A stretch of 64,000 bases of DNA from Candidatus Marinacidobacterales bacterium (GTDB lineage: Bacteria; Acidobacteriota; Vicinamibacteria; Marinacidobacterales; SMYC01): positions 802,951 through 866,950 of the forward strand of contig CBDCYI010000009.1 of the NCBI GenBank assembly GCA_965224085.1. Direction: 5' to 3'. Positions 21,917 through 34,072 of this stretch are shown one piece after another (the first letter of the stretch is position 1; every line of letters starts with the position of its first letter). A program made the translations under genes and the position numbers. The notes under the pieces are model-generated. The model worked only from the letters and a program-made list of their open reading frames with translations. It was not told the origin of the DNA and did not search any database.

Positions 21917-23302
21917 ATGTTGCAGCAAGCTCCGCGACCCAGTCGTTCGCCAGGGACGCGCCTAGCGGCGCTCGGCGCGTGCACTCTCCTCGCGATTGGG
22001 CTGTGGCGCCACCCGAGTGGCTTCGCAGGGAGCACACCGGCTGTGGGCGCCGTCACCGATCAACTCATCACGCAACAGGGGTCGGGTGTGCTCACGCAGT
22101 ACGGCGACTACATCGCCGCGGCTGCGGGACTCGACCAGCCCTACCGGTACTACGTCGAGGTACCCACGGGCACCTCCTGCTTGTTCGTCGACATCTTCGA
22201 CGCCGATATCGGGACCAATGCGGTCAACAATGACCAGGCCAACGATCGCGATCGTGCGATCGGCAGCTACAACACCACGGCGGCGTACCGACTGACGGAT
22301 CCCAGCGGAACGTCCGTCATCGCCGATCAACTTTTTACCGTCGGGAACAATGCGGGCCCCGCGGGCGCGGACAACGCCTGGCTTACGTTGTTCGCGGGCT
22401 CCACCTCGGACAACTTTCGTGACGAGTTCAACGGCGTGCCGGCATATAACGACAATAACGGCAGTCTCATTTGGGCGGGAAACTGGACGGAGTTCGGCGA
22501 CGATGGCGCTGTCGCGACCGGTAACGTTCAAGTCAACGTCAACCGCCTCAGGATGCGCGCTGCCGTTCGCGGGGCCACGCGCGTCGCCGATATCTCGGCG
22601 GCGGGTGGCTGCTCCGCAACATTGAGCTACACCGTCGACGATATTGGCAATCTCGAAGGAAGCGACTGCGCCGATGTCTCGGTGCGCTCGAGCAGCAGCA
22701 GCCCCTACACAATCCTCCAGACATTCTGCAACGATATTCCGCTGACGGCCGCCTCTCACGACATCACGCCCTGGATCTCGAGCCAAACCGAAGTGCGCTT
22801 CCGCGCCTCGAACGCTCTCGGGGGCGGCGGCGAGTGGATGGCGTTCGACGATATCGATATCTCGGTGACGGGTGCGCCGGCCGCCGGGCACTGGGAGCTC
22901 GAAGTCGGCCATTCTGGGCTCGACCGGTTCGCGGCCGCGGGTGTGTTGCGAAGTGAGGATGTGGGCTTGCTTCCGAACGACGAGCACCCCACGACGATAC
23001 TGGCTCTGACTTGTGTCGTGAATCGATTCGAGCTTGCCGGCTACCCTTCACTCGGAGAGGAGCTCGTGCGCAGCACCCGAGGTGGCGCCGTCGCCGTTTG
23101 GGCGCCCACCGGTCTGTCGGAGCATTTCCAGGCGCGGACTCTCGACGAAGTCTTCCTTGCTCGCGCCTTCGCTGATCCATCAGCCGCGTTGGGTGACTTC
23201 GCGCTGGAAGCGATCCAACGGCTCGAAGGTTCACCGAACGCCAAAGAAATGGCGGCCGTTTATACTTTGCTCGGCGATCCCGCCATCACGTTCTCACGGT
23301 AG
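21917..23302 (+). CDS. Secreted protein: beta-rich extracellular region fused to a C25 (gingipain-like) C-terminal part
   Basis: Signal-like N-terminus; C-terminal GH.GLD, ALTC..NRF, SLGEEL, GGAVAVWAPTG, Y.LLGDP. Confidence 0.65.
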   Translation: MLQQAPRPSRSPGTRLAALGACTLLAIGLWRHPSGFAGSTPAVGAVTDQLITQQGSGVLTQYGDYIAAAAGLDQPYRYYVEVPTGTSCLFVDIFDADIGTNAVNNDQANDRDRAIGSYNTTAAYRLTDPSGTSVIADQLFTVGNNAGPAGADNAWLTLFAGSTSDNFRDEFNGVPAYNDNNGSLIWAGNWTEFGDDGAVATGNVQVNVNRLRMRAAVRGATRVADISAAGGCSATLSYTVDDIGNLEGSDCADVSVRSSSSSPYTILQTFCNDIPLTAASHDITPWISSQTEVRFRASNALGGGGEWMAFDDIDISVTGAPAAGHWELEVGHSGLDRFAAAGVLRSEDVGLLPNDEHPTTILALTCVVNRFELAGYPSLGEELVRSTRGGAVAVWAPTGLSEHFQARTLDEVFLARAFADPSAALGDFALEAIQRLEGSPNAKEMAAVYTLLGDPAITFSR

Positions 23303-23332
23303 GCCGCTATGTGGTTCGGGAGGAAGTAGTTC

Positions 23333-23430
23333 CTACTTCAGCCTGCGCCGGCGTGCGAAGCCCCAGTCCCGCAAGGCCAAGACCCACCAACGCGAGGGTG
23401 GTGGGTTTGGGGACGGGGGTGCGAGGCGGT
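23333..23430 (-). pseudogene. PEP-CTERM sorting-signal remnant
   Basis: PVPKPTTLALVGLGLAGLG followed by a frameshifted FARRRRLK* tail. Confidence 0.6.
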
Positions 23431-23752
23431 GGGGGGGCATGGTCATGAAGGGCTGGTGAGAGATGTCGGATTCGGTGAAGTTGATCGTTCCTCCCCCGAT
23501 GATTTGACCAAACAGCCCCCCATGAAGAATCGTCGGCTTCCCGACCCGCTGATTGCGAAGTGTCTCGAGCCATTTGAGAGCACCCAGGAAGACCCATTGG
23601 CGCCTGAAATCAACGATTTAGATGCTCCGTAGGTGCTCCTGGGTGCTCCGGTAGCAGAGTGGTAGCAACCAGCCTCATCGCCAGTCTCGGTTTCACGACA
23701 GCGATTCCAAGCGGCTTTGCCGTGGGGAGGCGTCCGAGAAGTCAGCTCTCGC

Positions 23753-25040
23753 TCAGCTGCGACGGCGGAACACCCCAAGTGCGAGGAAGGCCGCCCCGAT
23801 AAGGAAGACGGTCGAGGGCTCCGGAATATTCGCCGGCGGAATAGGCGGAGGAGTAGGATCGAACGCACATCGATCAACGCTGACATCATTCCAATCTTTC
23901 AGTGCATTACTTACCCATTGACCACAACCTCGAAGATTGTTGGCCACGATGGATCCATCCCAGGGATGATCTTTCATGGACAAATCCCAAAATGCTGCTC
24001 CATATACTTCACTTTGGCTGAAATTAAAATGTGTGTCGTTATTGTCCGTCAAAACGCCGAAGAGGATATTGTTGAGCCCCAAATTTTTACCGGCTAAAAT
24101 TCGGGAGTTGGTGATAAGTGCATTCTGGTTTTCTTCCACCAGGAAAATGAAGCTCGAATTCGCACTACCATTTACAATAAAATTGGAATTGTTTAAATTG
24201 AAATCATTGCCGCCAGTTACAATATGAATAACATTGAGACCATCGACTAGAACACCACTGTCAAGATTGTCACCAACAATGAAATCCATAGAGTCTCCAG
24301 GATTTCTGTTGTTAATGTAGCCGTCCGAACCAAATTTGCCAAGGGTCAGATCAATTATCGCGGTGAAATTCGCATCGGCAAGAATGCTGCTGAAGAGGCC
24401 TTTTGTGTAGTTGATATCGATCAATAGATCGGTGAAGTCCACATTCTCCGTGACGCCGTTCCCACTGTCAATCGTGCCTTGGTTTGTCCCAATAGGCAGA
24501 CCCACATCCGGGTTTTCGTTGGCGTCATTGGGTGTAAAGAAATTGGAATTGCTATTGTCTTTCACACAATCGGAATTCGCACACTCAACACCAAAGTTTG
24601 ATGTATTAGTATTGCCCAGTGCATAAGTGTCGGTGTCGGAGAATTCGATTTGGGTATCACCCAAATGTAGAAACCGGTGCGTCACTACCGTCCGGCACGG
24701 TTTGTGCCGCCGAGGCAACGGCTGGACCTGATATCCCCGGCATAGTTGCCGGTAGATCGTTGGTAGGATTAATGCGGCCTAGTGCCGAGCGATTGTTTGA
24801 TCCAGCACCGCCGCCGTCACTGCCTACGCTTAATACATCCGCACCAGAATCTTTAGTCCCCAGATGAATACCCAGATACTTCGAAGCATTTTCAAATTTG
24901 AGATCATCCAGTATGGTTGGACCGGCAATACTAACGGCCGGAGAGCCCATCGCTATGACGGCAACGAGGCAGGCTCTTATCGATGATAGCTTGGTCCGTG
25001 GTTGGCCTAACAAACAGGCTGTATTGTTAAAGTGTACCAT
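23753..25040 (-). pseudogene. Low-GC Asn/Asp-rich PEP-CTERM surface protein, frameshift near 24660
   Basis: C-terminal IPEPSTVFLIGAAFLALGVFRRRS; signal-bearing N-terminal part (24657-25040) is in another frame. Confidence 0.8.
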
Positions 25041-25051
25041 ACATTCGAAAG

Positions 25052-25277
25052 AGCATGAACTGTGCCAATCCGATCACTCCCAGACTCTTGTCCTGATATT
25101 TCAATAGGTTGGGGCGAATCGCGCGGCTGGGCCGGTGATGGCTCTGAGCGCCAAAGCGTTAACGATCCTGACAGCATGGTGGGAATGTTTTCTCTAGATT
25201 ATGTTAAAAGTATCTTTATTTCAATAACTTACACCATATTATTCGTGAATTCCGATAGTGTCAAATATTTCGACACT
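25052..25277 (-). promoter_or_regulatory. Putative sigma54 promoter with IHF-like sites and palindromic enhancer upstream of the PEP-CTERM gene
   Basis: Minus strand TGGCACAGTTCATGCT (GG-N10-GC) at 25067-25052; TTTCAA-N4-TTR at 25099-25111 and 25219-25231; AGTGTC-N9-GACACT at 25257-25277. Confidence 0.6.
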
Positions 25278-25487
25278 GGCTGTGCGCAGCGCAGTGTCGC
25301 GAACAGTGCCTGCTGGGCAGCTTTACGGCGCGACGCCGCGGTTCGTCGTAGGTAGCATCCGCACGAACACGCTTTTCGGGCGCTGACGACGTGCAGCGGC
25401 GTCACGCACGACCGGCTCGAGTCACGCGGCGCTTGTGAAGGGGTCCAAAGTGACGTCTAGATCGCGTCGTTCCTTAAGTCATTTATT

Positions 25488-25565
<78 letters not shown>

Positions 25566-25570
25566 CCTTT

Positions 25571-25646
25571 TGGGGTGGGCGATGGGGCTCGAACCCACAA
25601 CCCCCGGAACCACAATCCGGTGCTCTACCATTGAGCTACGCCCACC
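25571..25646 (-). tRNA. tRNA-His(GTG)
   Basis: G-1 base, GTG anticodon, encoded CCA. Confidence 0.95.
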
Positions 25647-25679
25647 ACGCGACTGAATGCTACTAACGTACTTCCTCTC

Positions 25680-25756
25680 TGGTACGCCAGGGAGGATTCG
25701 AACCCCCGACATCCGGCTTAGAAGGCCGGCGCTCTATCCAACTGAGCTACTGGCGC
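25680..25756 (-). tRNA. tRNA-Arg(TCT)
   Basis: Cloverleaf with loop CTTCTAA, encoded CCA. Confidence 0.95.
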
Positions 25757-25766
25757 AAAACGTATT

Positions 25767-25844
<78 letters not shown>

Positions 25845-25882
25845 AGGAAACTAGCTATTATATAAGGAGTTAGGTGACCGCG

Positions 25883-26479
25883 TCAACGACGAGAAACGAG
25901 AAAATCGACGAGAGACGCCATGGCCTTTCCCCGGTGGCTGACTCCGTTCTTTTGCTCCGCCGTCAGCTCGGCCATCGTCGCGCCGAATGATGGATAGAAA
26001 AAGATAGGGTCGTACCCGAAACCACCGTCGCCCGAAGGCTCGGTCGCGATACGGCCTTCGCACGTGGCTTCGCTCACGAAGACGACGCTTTGTTTCTCGA
26101 CGAGGGCGACGGCGCTCACGTAGCGAGCGGTGCGCTCGGTTTCGGGCGCCTCGCTCAAAATCTCGAGCACGCGCGCGTTCTTGACGTCATACGGTGTGTC
26201 ATGACCGAGCCATCTAGCCGAATGCACACCGGGTTCGCCGTCGAGAAAGTCGACAACGAGCCCCGAATCCTCGCCGAGCGTCGCGAGCCGGGTGGCTTGA
26301 TGGTAGTAGAGCGCTTTCGCGACAGCGTTGTCGCGGAAAGTCGGTCCGGGCTCTTGGGGAGGCTCGAGCTCCGGCAGCTCGGAGAGCGTGACGACCTCGA
26401 TCTCGAGGCCGACATTTTCGAGAGATTTCCGCTGCTCACGGATCTTCCCCTGGCTCATCGTCGCGAGAAGGAGCTTCAC
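25883..26479 (-). CDS. rdgB: dITP/XTP pyrophosphatase (RdgB/Ham1)
   Basis: GTG start overlaps the rph stop; [31 protein letters not shown]. Confidence 0.93.
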   Translation of the reverse strand: MKLLLATMSQGKIREQRKSLENVGLEIEVVTLSELPELEPPQEPGPTFRDNAVAKALYYHQATRLATLGEDSGLVVDFLDGEPGVHSARWLGHDTPYDVKNARVLEILSEAPETERTARYVSAVALVEKQSVVFVSEATCEGRIATEPSGDGGFGYDPIFFYPSFGATMAELTAEQKNGVSHRGKAMASLVDFLVSRR

Positions 26480-27195
26480 TCGCCGAGAATCTCGCGCTGG
26501 CATCGGACGATATCGTGGATGCCGCGCGCGGCGAGCGCGAGCATTTTCTCGAGAGTGCCTTGCGAGAAAGGGCTCGACTCCGCGGTGCCTTGGATCTCGA
26601 TGAACTCGCCCGAGCCTGTCATCACGACGTTCATGTCGACGTCGGCCCGCGAGTCCTCGTGATAGTTGAGGTCGAGAATAGCGTCTCCGTCGAACACCCC
26701 GACGCTCGTCGCGGCGACGTGCTCACGGATCGGCACGCTCGCGATCTTGCCCGCTTCTTTCGCGGCGCGCAGCGCGAGCGCGAGCGCGACAAACGCACCG
26801 GAGATCGAAGCGGTCCGCGTCCCACCATCGGCCTGCATCACATCGCAGTCAATCCAAACCGTGCGCTCACCGAACTTGGGAAGATCGATGACGCCTCGGA
26901 GTGAGCGTCCGATGAGCCGTTGAATTTCCTGGGTCCTCCCGGAGACCTTTCCGCGCACCGACTCGCGCGGGATACGCTCCTTCGACGATCGAGGCAACAT
27001 CCCATATTCCGCAGTGACCCAACCGGTTCCGCGGCCCTTCAAGAATGGAGGGACACGGTCTTCGAGCGTGGCGGCGCAGATCACTTTGGTGTCTCCCACG
27101 GTGATCAGGACGGAGCCTTCGGCATGTTTCAGAAAATTGGGCGTGATCGTAAGAGGCCGGGCTTCGTCGCTCCGGCGATTGTCAACTCGCTTCAT
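26476..27195 (-). CDS. rph: Ribonuclease PH
   Basis: [45 protein letters not shown]. Confidence 0.97.
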   Translation of the reverse strand: MKRVDNRRSDEARPLTITPNFLKHAEGSVLITVGDTKVICAATLEDRVPPFLKGRGTGWVTAEYGMLPRSSKERIPRESVRGKVSGRTQEIQRLIGRSLRGVIDLPKFGERTVWIDCDVMQADGGTRTASISGAFVALALALRAAKEAGKIASVPIREHVAATSVGVFDGDAILDLNYHEDSRADVDMNVVMTGSGEFIEIQGTAESSPFSQGTLEKMLALAARGIHDIVRCQREILGE

Positions 27196-27823
27196 TGTTG
27201 CGGGACTCGCTGCGCTCGGACTTCGGTCGCAGATAATCGGGAGCGCGTCCGTACGGGATGGTGAGATCGAGATGTCCCGCTATGCTTTGAATCTCCCGGC
27301 CCTCCACCAGGATCTTGACCGTCTTGATGATGGGGAAGTTCACTACGAGGGTGTGTGACAAACCAAACACGGTCAGCTCTTCGGCCGAGGTACCTCCGGG
27401 GTGGTCCTGTACGAGCTCGGGAGAAAAGTCGATATAGGCCACGCCCTGCGACGTGATGAAAACCTCTCGAACTTCGACGCCACCAGGGAAAGAAGCGGAG
27501 CGCCGCACGAGAAGCTCGACGACCTGACGAACCTGTTTCTGCACCGAGTCTTCGAGCTGAATCTCTTGTTCCTCGGTCGCTAGGCTCTGGCCTGAACCGT
27601 CGGGAACATAGAGCATGATTTGAAAGCCGCCGGCGGCAGGCGCGGGCTGGCTCGCTTCCATGCTCGCTTCGGCCGCCGCGGCCTCGGGTCGATTCGGAGT
27701 TGTCTCGGGTGCTGCGGTCGGCTCGGAAACCGGCTGGCCTAGAAGCCAGAGCGTCGCGTAGACCGCCGCGACGATCATAGTCACCGCCATCGTCGCCGCG
27801 ATGAGGACACCCTTACGGCTCAC
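27182..27823 (-). CDS. GerMN domain protein
   Basis: N-terminal TM anchor; AYIDFS..L...HPGG..AE, V.ILVEG.....IAGHLDL; amidase-GerMN-rph order. Confidence 0.85.
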   Translation of the reverse strand: MSRKGVLIAATMAVTMIVAAVYATLWLLGQPVSEPTAAPETTPNRPEAAAAEASMEASQPAPAAGGFQIMLYVPDGSGQSLATEEQEIQLEDSVQKQVRQVVELLVRRSASFPGGVEVREVFITSQGVAYIDFSPELVQDHPGGTSAEELTVFGLSHTLVVNFPIIKTVKILVEGREIQSIAGHLDLTIPYGRAPDYLRPKSERSESRNNEAS

Positions 27824-29448
27824 CGTTGGCTCCGGCGCGTACGGTCGCCGCTACCTCCGCGCTCGAAACTGTCTTTGTATCTTATGAGGCCGCGATAGAG
27901 AGCCTCCGCCAGCCTATTCTGGTAGTCCGCCGAGCTCAGAAGCCGTTCTTCTTCCGCGTTCGAGATGAAGCCGACTTCGACGAGCACGGCCGGCATCGTC
28001 GCGCCCTTCAAGACACGAAAGGTGTTCTGCTTGATACCACGGTTCACGCTCTCCGTCACCGTCACCGCCCGGAGCTCCTCTTGCATAATCTCGGCGAGTT
28101 GTGACGATTGGCGCAAGTGGGACGCCTGCGCCATGTCCCAAAGAATAAAGTCGAGGTCGTCGCCGCCGCTTGACGCGTTCTGTGCGGTGGACGAATAGGA
28201 CAGGAAGTACACCGACGAGCCTCTCGCATTGCGACGCGGCGAGGCATCCGCGTGGACGCTGATGAACAAGTCCGACTTGTTGGTGTTTGCGAAGGCCGCA
28301 CGCTCGTCGAGCGAAAGGTCGCGGTCCCCATCGCGCGTCAAGATCACGCGGATCCCGAGACGCGTTTGCAGCAATTGTCGAAAGCGCCGGCAAATCGACA
28401 GCACGACGCCTTTTTCGAGAGTGCCGCCTTGGCCTTCCGCCCCCGTCTCGGCACCGCCATGGCCGGGATCGAGTGTCACAATCCGAAGCCTTGCCGGACC
28501 ATCCGGGTCGGAAGGAAGCTCTAATGGCGCAGCGGGAAGGTGATAGTCCTCGGGAAGCTCGATGATCTCGGCGTTGGGGTTGAGCTCGCCCTCGCCGCTC
28601 TCGTCCGTGAGGTCGCCTTCCGCATCCTCATGTTCGGGGTCTTTGGGCTGTGACAAGACCCACTCGAACTCGTCCGTCAGGCCCCTCCTGCGATTCGGGA
28701 CGCGGCTACGGACCAGGTTCAAAACGATACCGTTGCCGCTCGGCTCTGTCCTGAGGCTTCCGTAGTGCTCACCCAGCTCCACGACGAGCACGTAGGTGGA
28801 CTCTCTCTTTTCGAGCGAGATACGCTCGACGACGTCGTCGATGTTAGCTTCGCCGCGATAACTCGTTTGGAGAAAGGGCGTGTCGAGCGTGACACGAATG
28901 ACGCTCTCGGCCTCGTCCTCCTCAATCGCGAGGGGTACCACGCGATCGGATTCGAGAAAGACGCGGGTGAAGGTCGGTGTGTGGCGGGATCGAACCTCCA
29001 CTTCGGGAAAGTCGTCGCCGAGGATCAGCATCCGATCGCGGCCACGATAGGCGACAGCCTCCGCCGCGAGCGAAGGGAGAACCTTGGTGAGAAAATCAAG
29101 CGGCACGAACCACTCGTCGCCCACGAGGCGCGCGGGCGATTGAAGCAGCACGAGGTTGGCCGCAACTGGAACGAAATTCTTTCCGTCGGAGACGCGTGCC
29201 ATCTTGCCGTTGCCGGAAACGGTAACAGCGTTCGGCTCGGAGCCAGGACGCACGCTGGCGCCGACGAAGCTCGCCGCTCCCCGAAGCGGGATCATCTCCG
29301 TTCCCGAGAACTTGCTTATCGGGATGCTCCCGGGACCGTCCTTCGAAACGACCCGGATCTCATAGGGCGGTGACTGCGCGATCGCAAGGGCTGGGAGCAA
29401 GAGAAATAGAACCACGCCACATAGGTTCCAGTGTCTCCATTGGCTCAT
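27820..29448 (-). CDS. N-acetylmuramoyl-L-alanine amidase (Amidase_3)
   Basis: LDPGHGG, EK, TRD.D..LSL.ER..FAN, SVHAD, PAVLVEVGFISN. Confidence 0.92.
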   Translation of the reverse strand: MSQWRHWNLCGVVLFLLLPALAIAQSPPYEIRVVSKDGPGSIPISKFSGTEMIPLRGAASFVGASVRPGSEPNAVTVSGNGKMARVSDGKNFVPVAANLVLLQSPARLVGDEWFVPLDFLTKVLPSLAAEAVAYRGRDRMLILGDDFPEVEVRSRHTPTFTRVFLESDRVVPLAIEEDEAESVIRVTLDTPFLQTSYRGEANIDDVVERISLEKRESTYVLVVELGEHYGSLRTEPSGNGIVLNLVRSRVPNRRRGLTDEFEWVLSQPKDPEHEDAEGDLTDESGEGELNPNAEIIELPEDYHLPAAPLELPSDPDGPARLRIVTLDPGHGGAETGAEGQGGTLEKGVVLSICRRFRQLLQTRLGIRVILTRDGDRDLSLDERAAFANTNKSDLFISVHADASPRRNARGSSVYFLSYSSTAQNASSGGDDLDFILWDMAQASHLRQSSQLAEIMQEELRAVTVTESVNRGIKQNTFRVLKGATMPAVLVEVGFISNAEEERLLSSADYQNRLAEALYRGLIRYKDSFERGGSGDRTRRSQR

Positions 29449-29591
29449 TGCGCTGTCTCTTATTGCTTAATGCTCGCTCGCAGCAGGGTGCAGGTGACTC
29501 TCTACCACCCTGCTGGTGCCTATTGCGCGCTGGGAAAGGCGAAGGGCTCGATCTGCCTCTAACTACAAGATTAGCACAAACGTCCGCGCAG

Positions 29592-30947
<1,356 letters not shown>

Positions 30948-31052
30948 CGGATCTCCTAGTGAAACCCACTAATAGAAGATAAAAGAGCCCCCAATTGTGA
31001 CGCAGGCGCCGGTCCGGCGCAACAGCCACAGCATCGTTATATACTCATCCAC

Positions 31053-31877
31053 ATGAAGATCTCGCTCGATCGCTGCGTCGCGTGCGGGAATTGTGTTGCC
31101 ATTTGCCCCGTGGGCGCTATCAATATCGACCCCGCTATCAACCGGGCGACGGTCGACCAGGATCGCTGTGTCGAGTGCTTCACGTGCTATCGAGGTCTCT
31201 CGACCGAGCACCTCAACCCGACGCTCGTGCGGAGCATCCGCAAAGTGTTCAGCTGGTTCCGGGTACGCTTTGACCCTGAGCCAGATGTCTGCCCCACGGC
31301 TGCCATCGAGCCGCAAGAGCTCGCATGGCCGCGTCTCGTACGACGCGCCTTCAGCGACCCCCTCGTCCCCCATGAGTCAACCGGGATCCACGGCCGGGGA
31401 ACGGAAGAGGTCAAGACGAACGACGTGACTCACCGCGTTGGCGAAGGCGAGGTAGGGTTCACCATCGAGTTCGGCCGTCCGACCGTGTCGGCGCAGTTCC
31501 ACGAAATTTCAGGCGTGACGGAAACCCTCGCCGCCGCCGGCATCGCGTTCGAAGCGAACAACCCCGTTACACACCTGATGGACGATCCGTCGACCGGCAA
31601 GATCCGCGAAGATATTCTCGACGAGCGTGTTCTTTCGGCCATCGTCGAGGTCAAGACGACGATGGAGCGTGTTCCTGAGATTCTGCGCATCGTTCGAGAG
31701 GCGGCCGATAAGATCGAGACCATCATTTCTGTCGGTGTCTCCACGCGCTGCGACGCCGAAGGCGGAAGCGCCCTCGAGAGCGTTCTCGAAAACGAAGGCG
31801 TGGCCTTCTGGCGCGGCAAAACCAACTTGGGCCTGGGCCGAGCCCGCCACGTTGAACAGCCAACAGGTAGCAGGTAG
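31053..31877 (+). CDS. 4Fe-4S dicluster protein with uncharacterised C-terminal domain
   Basis: CVACGNCVAICP, CVECFTC...VCP; HGRGTEEVKTNDVT. Confidence 0.8.
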   Translation: MKISLDRCVACGNCVAICPVGAINIDPAINRATVDQDRCVECFTCYRGLSTEHLNPTLVRSIRKVFSWFRVRFDPEPDVCPTAAIEPQELAWPRLVRRAFSDPLVPHESTGIHGRGTEEVKTNDVTHRVGEGEVGFTIEFGRPTVSAQFHEISGVTETLAAAGIAFEANNPVTHLMDDPSTGKIREDILDERVLSAIVEVKTTMERVPEILRIVREAADKIETIISVGVSTRCDAEGGSALESVLENEGVAFWRGKTNLGLGRARHVEQPTGSR

Positions 31878-31888
31878 CCGGGTATACC

Positions 31889-32566
31889 GTGACCAACACT
31901 CTTCATCGCTATGGTGCCCCCGAGACGTTGAAAGACGACTACATCGTCTTCGCTATGGCCGCCCGCGGTGTCAACGACGAAGGCTCGGTCGAGAAGTTCA
32001 AAACGTTTCTCGAGATCGCGCAGAAACACGGCCCCATCAATCTCGGTGACGCCACCCACGGTGGCGTGTACCGGCCGTCTAGGAGGCTCGACCCGCTCGC
32101 GCATTGGTTTCGAAAAGATGAGCGCGACCCCGAGAGCCTGGTGAAAAACGTCAACCAGCCGACGGTAGTCTCCGCGGTGTTCGACGACCCCAAAGCACTC
32201 GAAGCCTTTCTCGTCGACATCAAGCAAGCCGATCTGGGTCTGTCCGTCAATATCAGCGCGCTGACCGATAGCGCGGCGGAGATCGCCAAACAAGCCGGCA
32301 TTACCCGGCACAGCGTCGAATATTCTCTCGGCTTCTTCGGAGCGCTCGATAGGCTCCCCGACCGCGCGACTCTATCGCTCGCGACGATGTGTGGTCACGG
32401 GATGATCTCGTTCAACCTCGCGAAGAAAATGATCGACTGGGTGAAACAAAGCCGGCGCACCCCGGAGGAAGCCTCGGCCTACATGGCGCGCTTTTGCAGT
32501 TGCGGCATCTTCAACACCACGCGATCCTGTCGCCTCCTCAACGAGTGCTCGCATCGCAACGGCTGA
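31889..32566 (+). CDS. Conserved-looking hypothetical protein, Cys-rich C-terminus
   Basis: Co-oriented 11 bp after the Fe-S gene; TMCGHG and CSCGIFN motifs. Confidence 0.75.
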   Translation: MTNTLHRYGAPETLKDDYIVFAMAARGVNDEGSVEKFKTFLEIAQKHGPINLGDATHGGVYRPSRRLDPLAHWFRKDERDPESLVKNVNQPTVVSAVFDDPKALEAFLVDIKQADLGLSVNISALTDSAAEIAKQAGITRHSVEYSLGFFGALDRLPDRATLSLATMCGHGMISFNLAKKMIDWVKQSRRTPEEASAYMARFCSCGIFNTTRSCRLLNECSHRNG

Positions 32567-32757
32567 TGCCGCTCGATTGGAACCGTTCCAATCTCGACGC
32601 TTCGGCGGCGGTCGACTTCGAGCCTGTCGCCAATCCGCAAGTCCAGACCGACCTTCGCTGGATGCTCTTCGTCGGCCACGACGAGACCGCGCTCGAGGAG
32701 GTCGCGCGCGGTGAGCTCTCGGGTGAGGTCCTCTCGCCACCCGAGCATCCCCCGTAA
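32566..32757 (+). pseudogene. Probable truncated third gene of the Fe-S operon
   Basis: TGATG stop-start coupling; ORF ends at the edge of the mobile region. Confidence 0.4.
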
Positions 32758-33167
32758 GGGCCGTAAGTGCGGACGATCAGGACTGGTTCGCGGTCGAATG
32801 GGACGACGGCGGCGGCGAAGGCGACAACGCCCCGCACCTGGACCGGAATGTGCTAGGCCGGCTACGCGGCGGGTAGCTCCGGCCTCGATTCTGGGCCTCT
32901 CGGGTGGCGTCTTTTTCGCTGCCGTACGGCCCCGTAAGCGGCCGTCTCTTTTTGGCGCAAACGTGGCACTCGAAAATCGAGATTAGAGACGAAAACCGAA
33001 AATGAGGCCCGTTCAGCCCTTTTAGCGAGTCTCTGGTGACACCTAATCCTCAAAACACCGCCAACCGCGCGGAAAACCCCGCCCGTCTCTGCAGTGCCGC
33101 AATTGGCAAGACTGGGTGGCGGATGGTGCAGTTTGGAGCTAGCCGGTCTCGGCTGGCAACCATGAAT

Positions 33168-33341
33168 AACAGGGAATTTGGGCCATTTTGAGGCTGATTG
33201 GGCCGTTTTTTCACGTGGTAACCATCTGTATTTCAAATGGTTAGATGGCAATTCCCTGTTCCCAAAAAACAGGGAAGTTAAGATGACCTAACAGGGAAGT
33301 TAAAATAGGCAAACAGGGAATTGAGATGAGCGAACAGGGAA
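33168..33341. repeat. AACAGGGAA iteron-like array
   Basis: Direct copies at 33168, 33268, 33290, 33312 and 33333; one inverted copy at 33252-33260; AT-rich context. Confidence 0.85.
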
Positions 33342-33419
33342 ATGTTACGAGCAGCACGTGAGGGGTTCCATTCGAGGACACGAATGGTTGTGTGCCCCTC
33401 CGGTCAAAAGAGTCCCGTC

Positions 33420-33525
33420 TCCGACCTGGGGCAAGAATGTCCGGGTCGTCGTTCCGAACGCTGTTCACTCTGGTGCTGACGGCACACTTTTCGTAAGGGC
33501 CGCCATAGGGTTCACGCTCGGACAC
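33420..33525 (-). pseudogene. SRAP (SOS response-associated peptidase) C-terminal remnant
   Basis: AVSTRVNSVRNDDPDIL resembles the SRAP C-terminal motif. Confidence 0.5.
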
Positions 33526-33669
33526 GACGAGTTTCGGCTATAATTTGGGGGATGGGAAATGGCCCGTCAGACGGCTCACTGGTAACGAGCCTCGGGAATC
33601 CGCTCAAGTTCCCGGCCCGACCCGCTGGCGCACTACTGATCGACTGGAAAGACTGGAGGGATATACGTA

Positions 33670-34035
33670 ATGATGCGGTCACTGTTTCTCTGCGCGCTGC
33701 TTGCAGCCACCGTTGGACACTTCCACATGTCCGTCTCGGCGTCCGGCTCGATCGGGCCCGGCCCGGGCAAGATAAGCCCTCGCGCCGCGTACTCCCAAGG
33801 CAAGGCGCTGACGTTCGACGCGTTGGTCTGTGACAGCTGCCTGCTTCAGAAGAACGAGCTCAACCGCGACCGCGCGCGGAGCCTGACGGCCAGCCTCGAG
33901 GCAGCCTATGAAGGCAACGAGACCGGGTCGCGGGACGACGAGGCAGTCAAGGCGCTGTGCGGCGCGGCGGTCGAGGATTGCAACGTGCGCATGGAAGTCG
34001 TGCGCTACTTTCTCACCCGCCGCTACAAGCTTTAG
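33670..34035 (+). CDS. Small secreted hypothetical protein with CxxC and a second Cys pair
   Basis: GGAGGG RBS, signal peptide, CDSC, C-x6-C. Confidence 0.65.
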   Translation: MMRSLFLCALLAATVGHFHMSVSASGSIGPGPGKISPRAAYSQGKALTFDALVCDSCLLQKNELNRDRARSLTASLEAAYEGNETGSRDDEAVKALCGAAVEDCNVRMEVVRYFLTRRYKL

Positions 34036-34072
34036 TGGGACCCCGTCCATGTACCAAACGTTGCAAGGAGAT

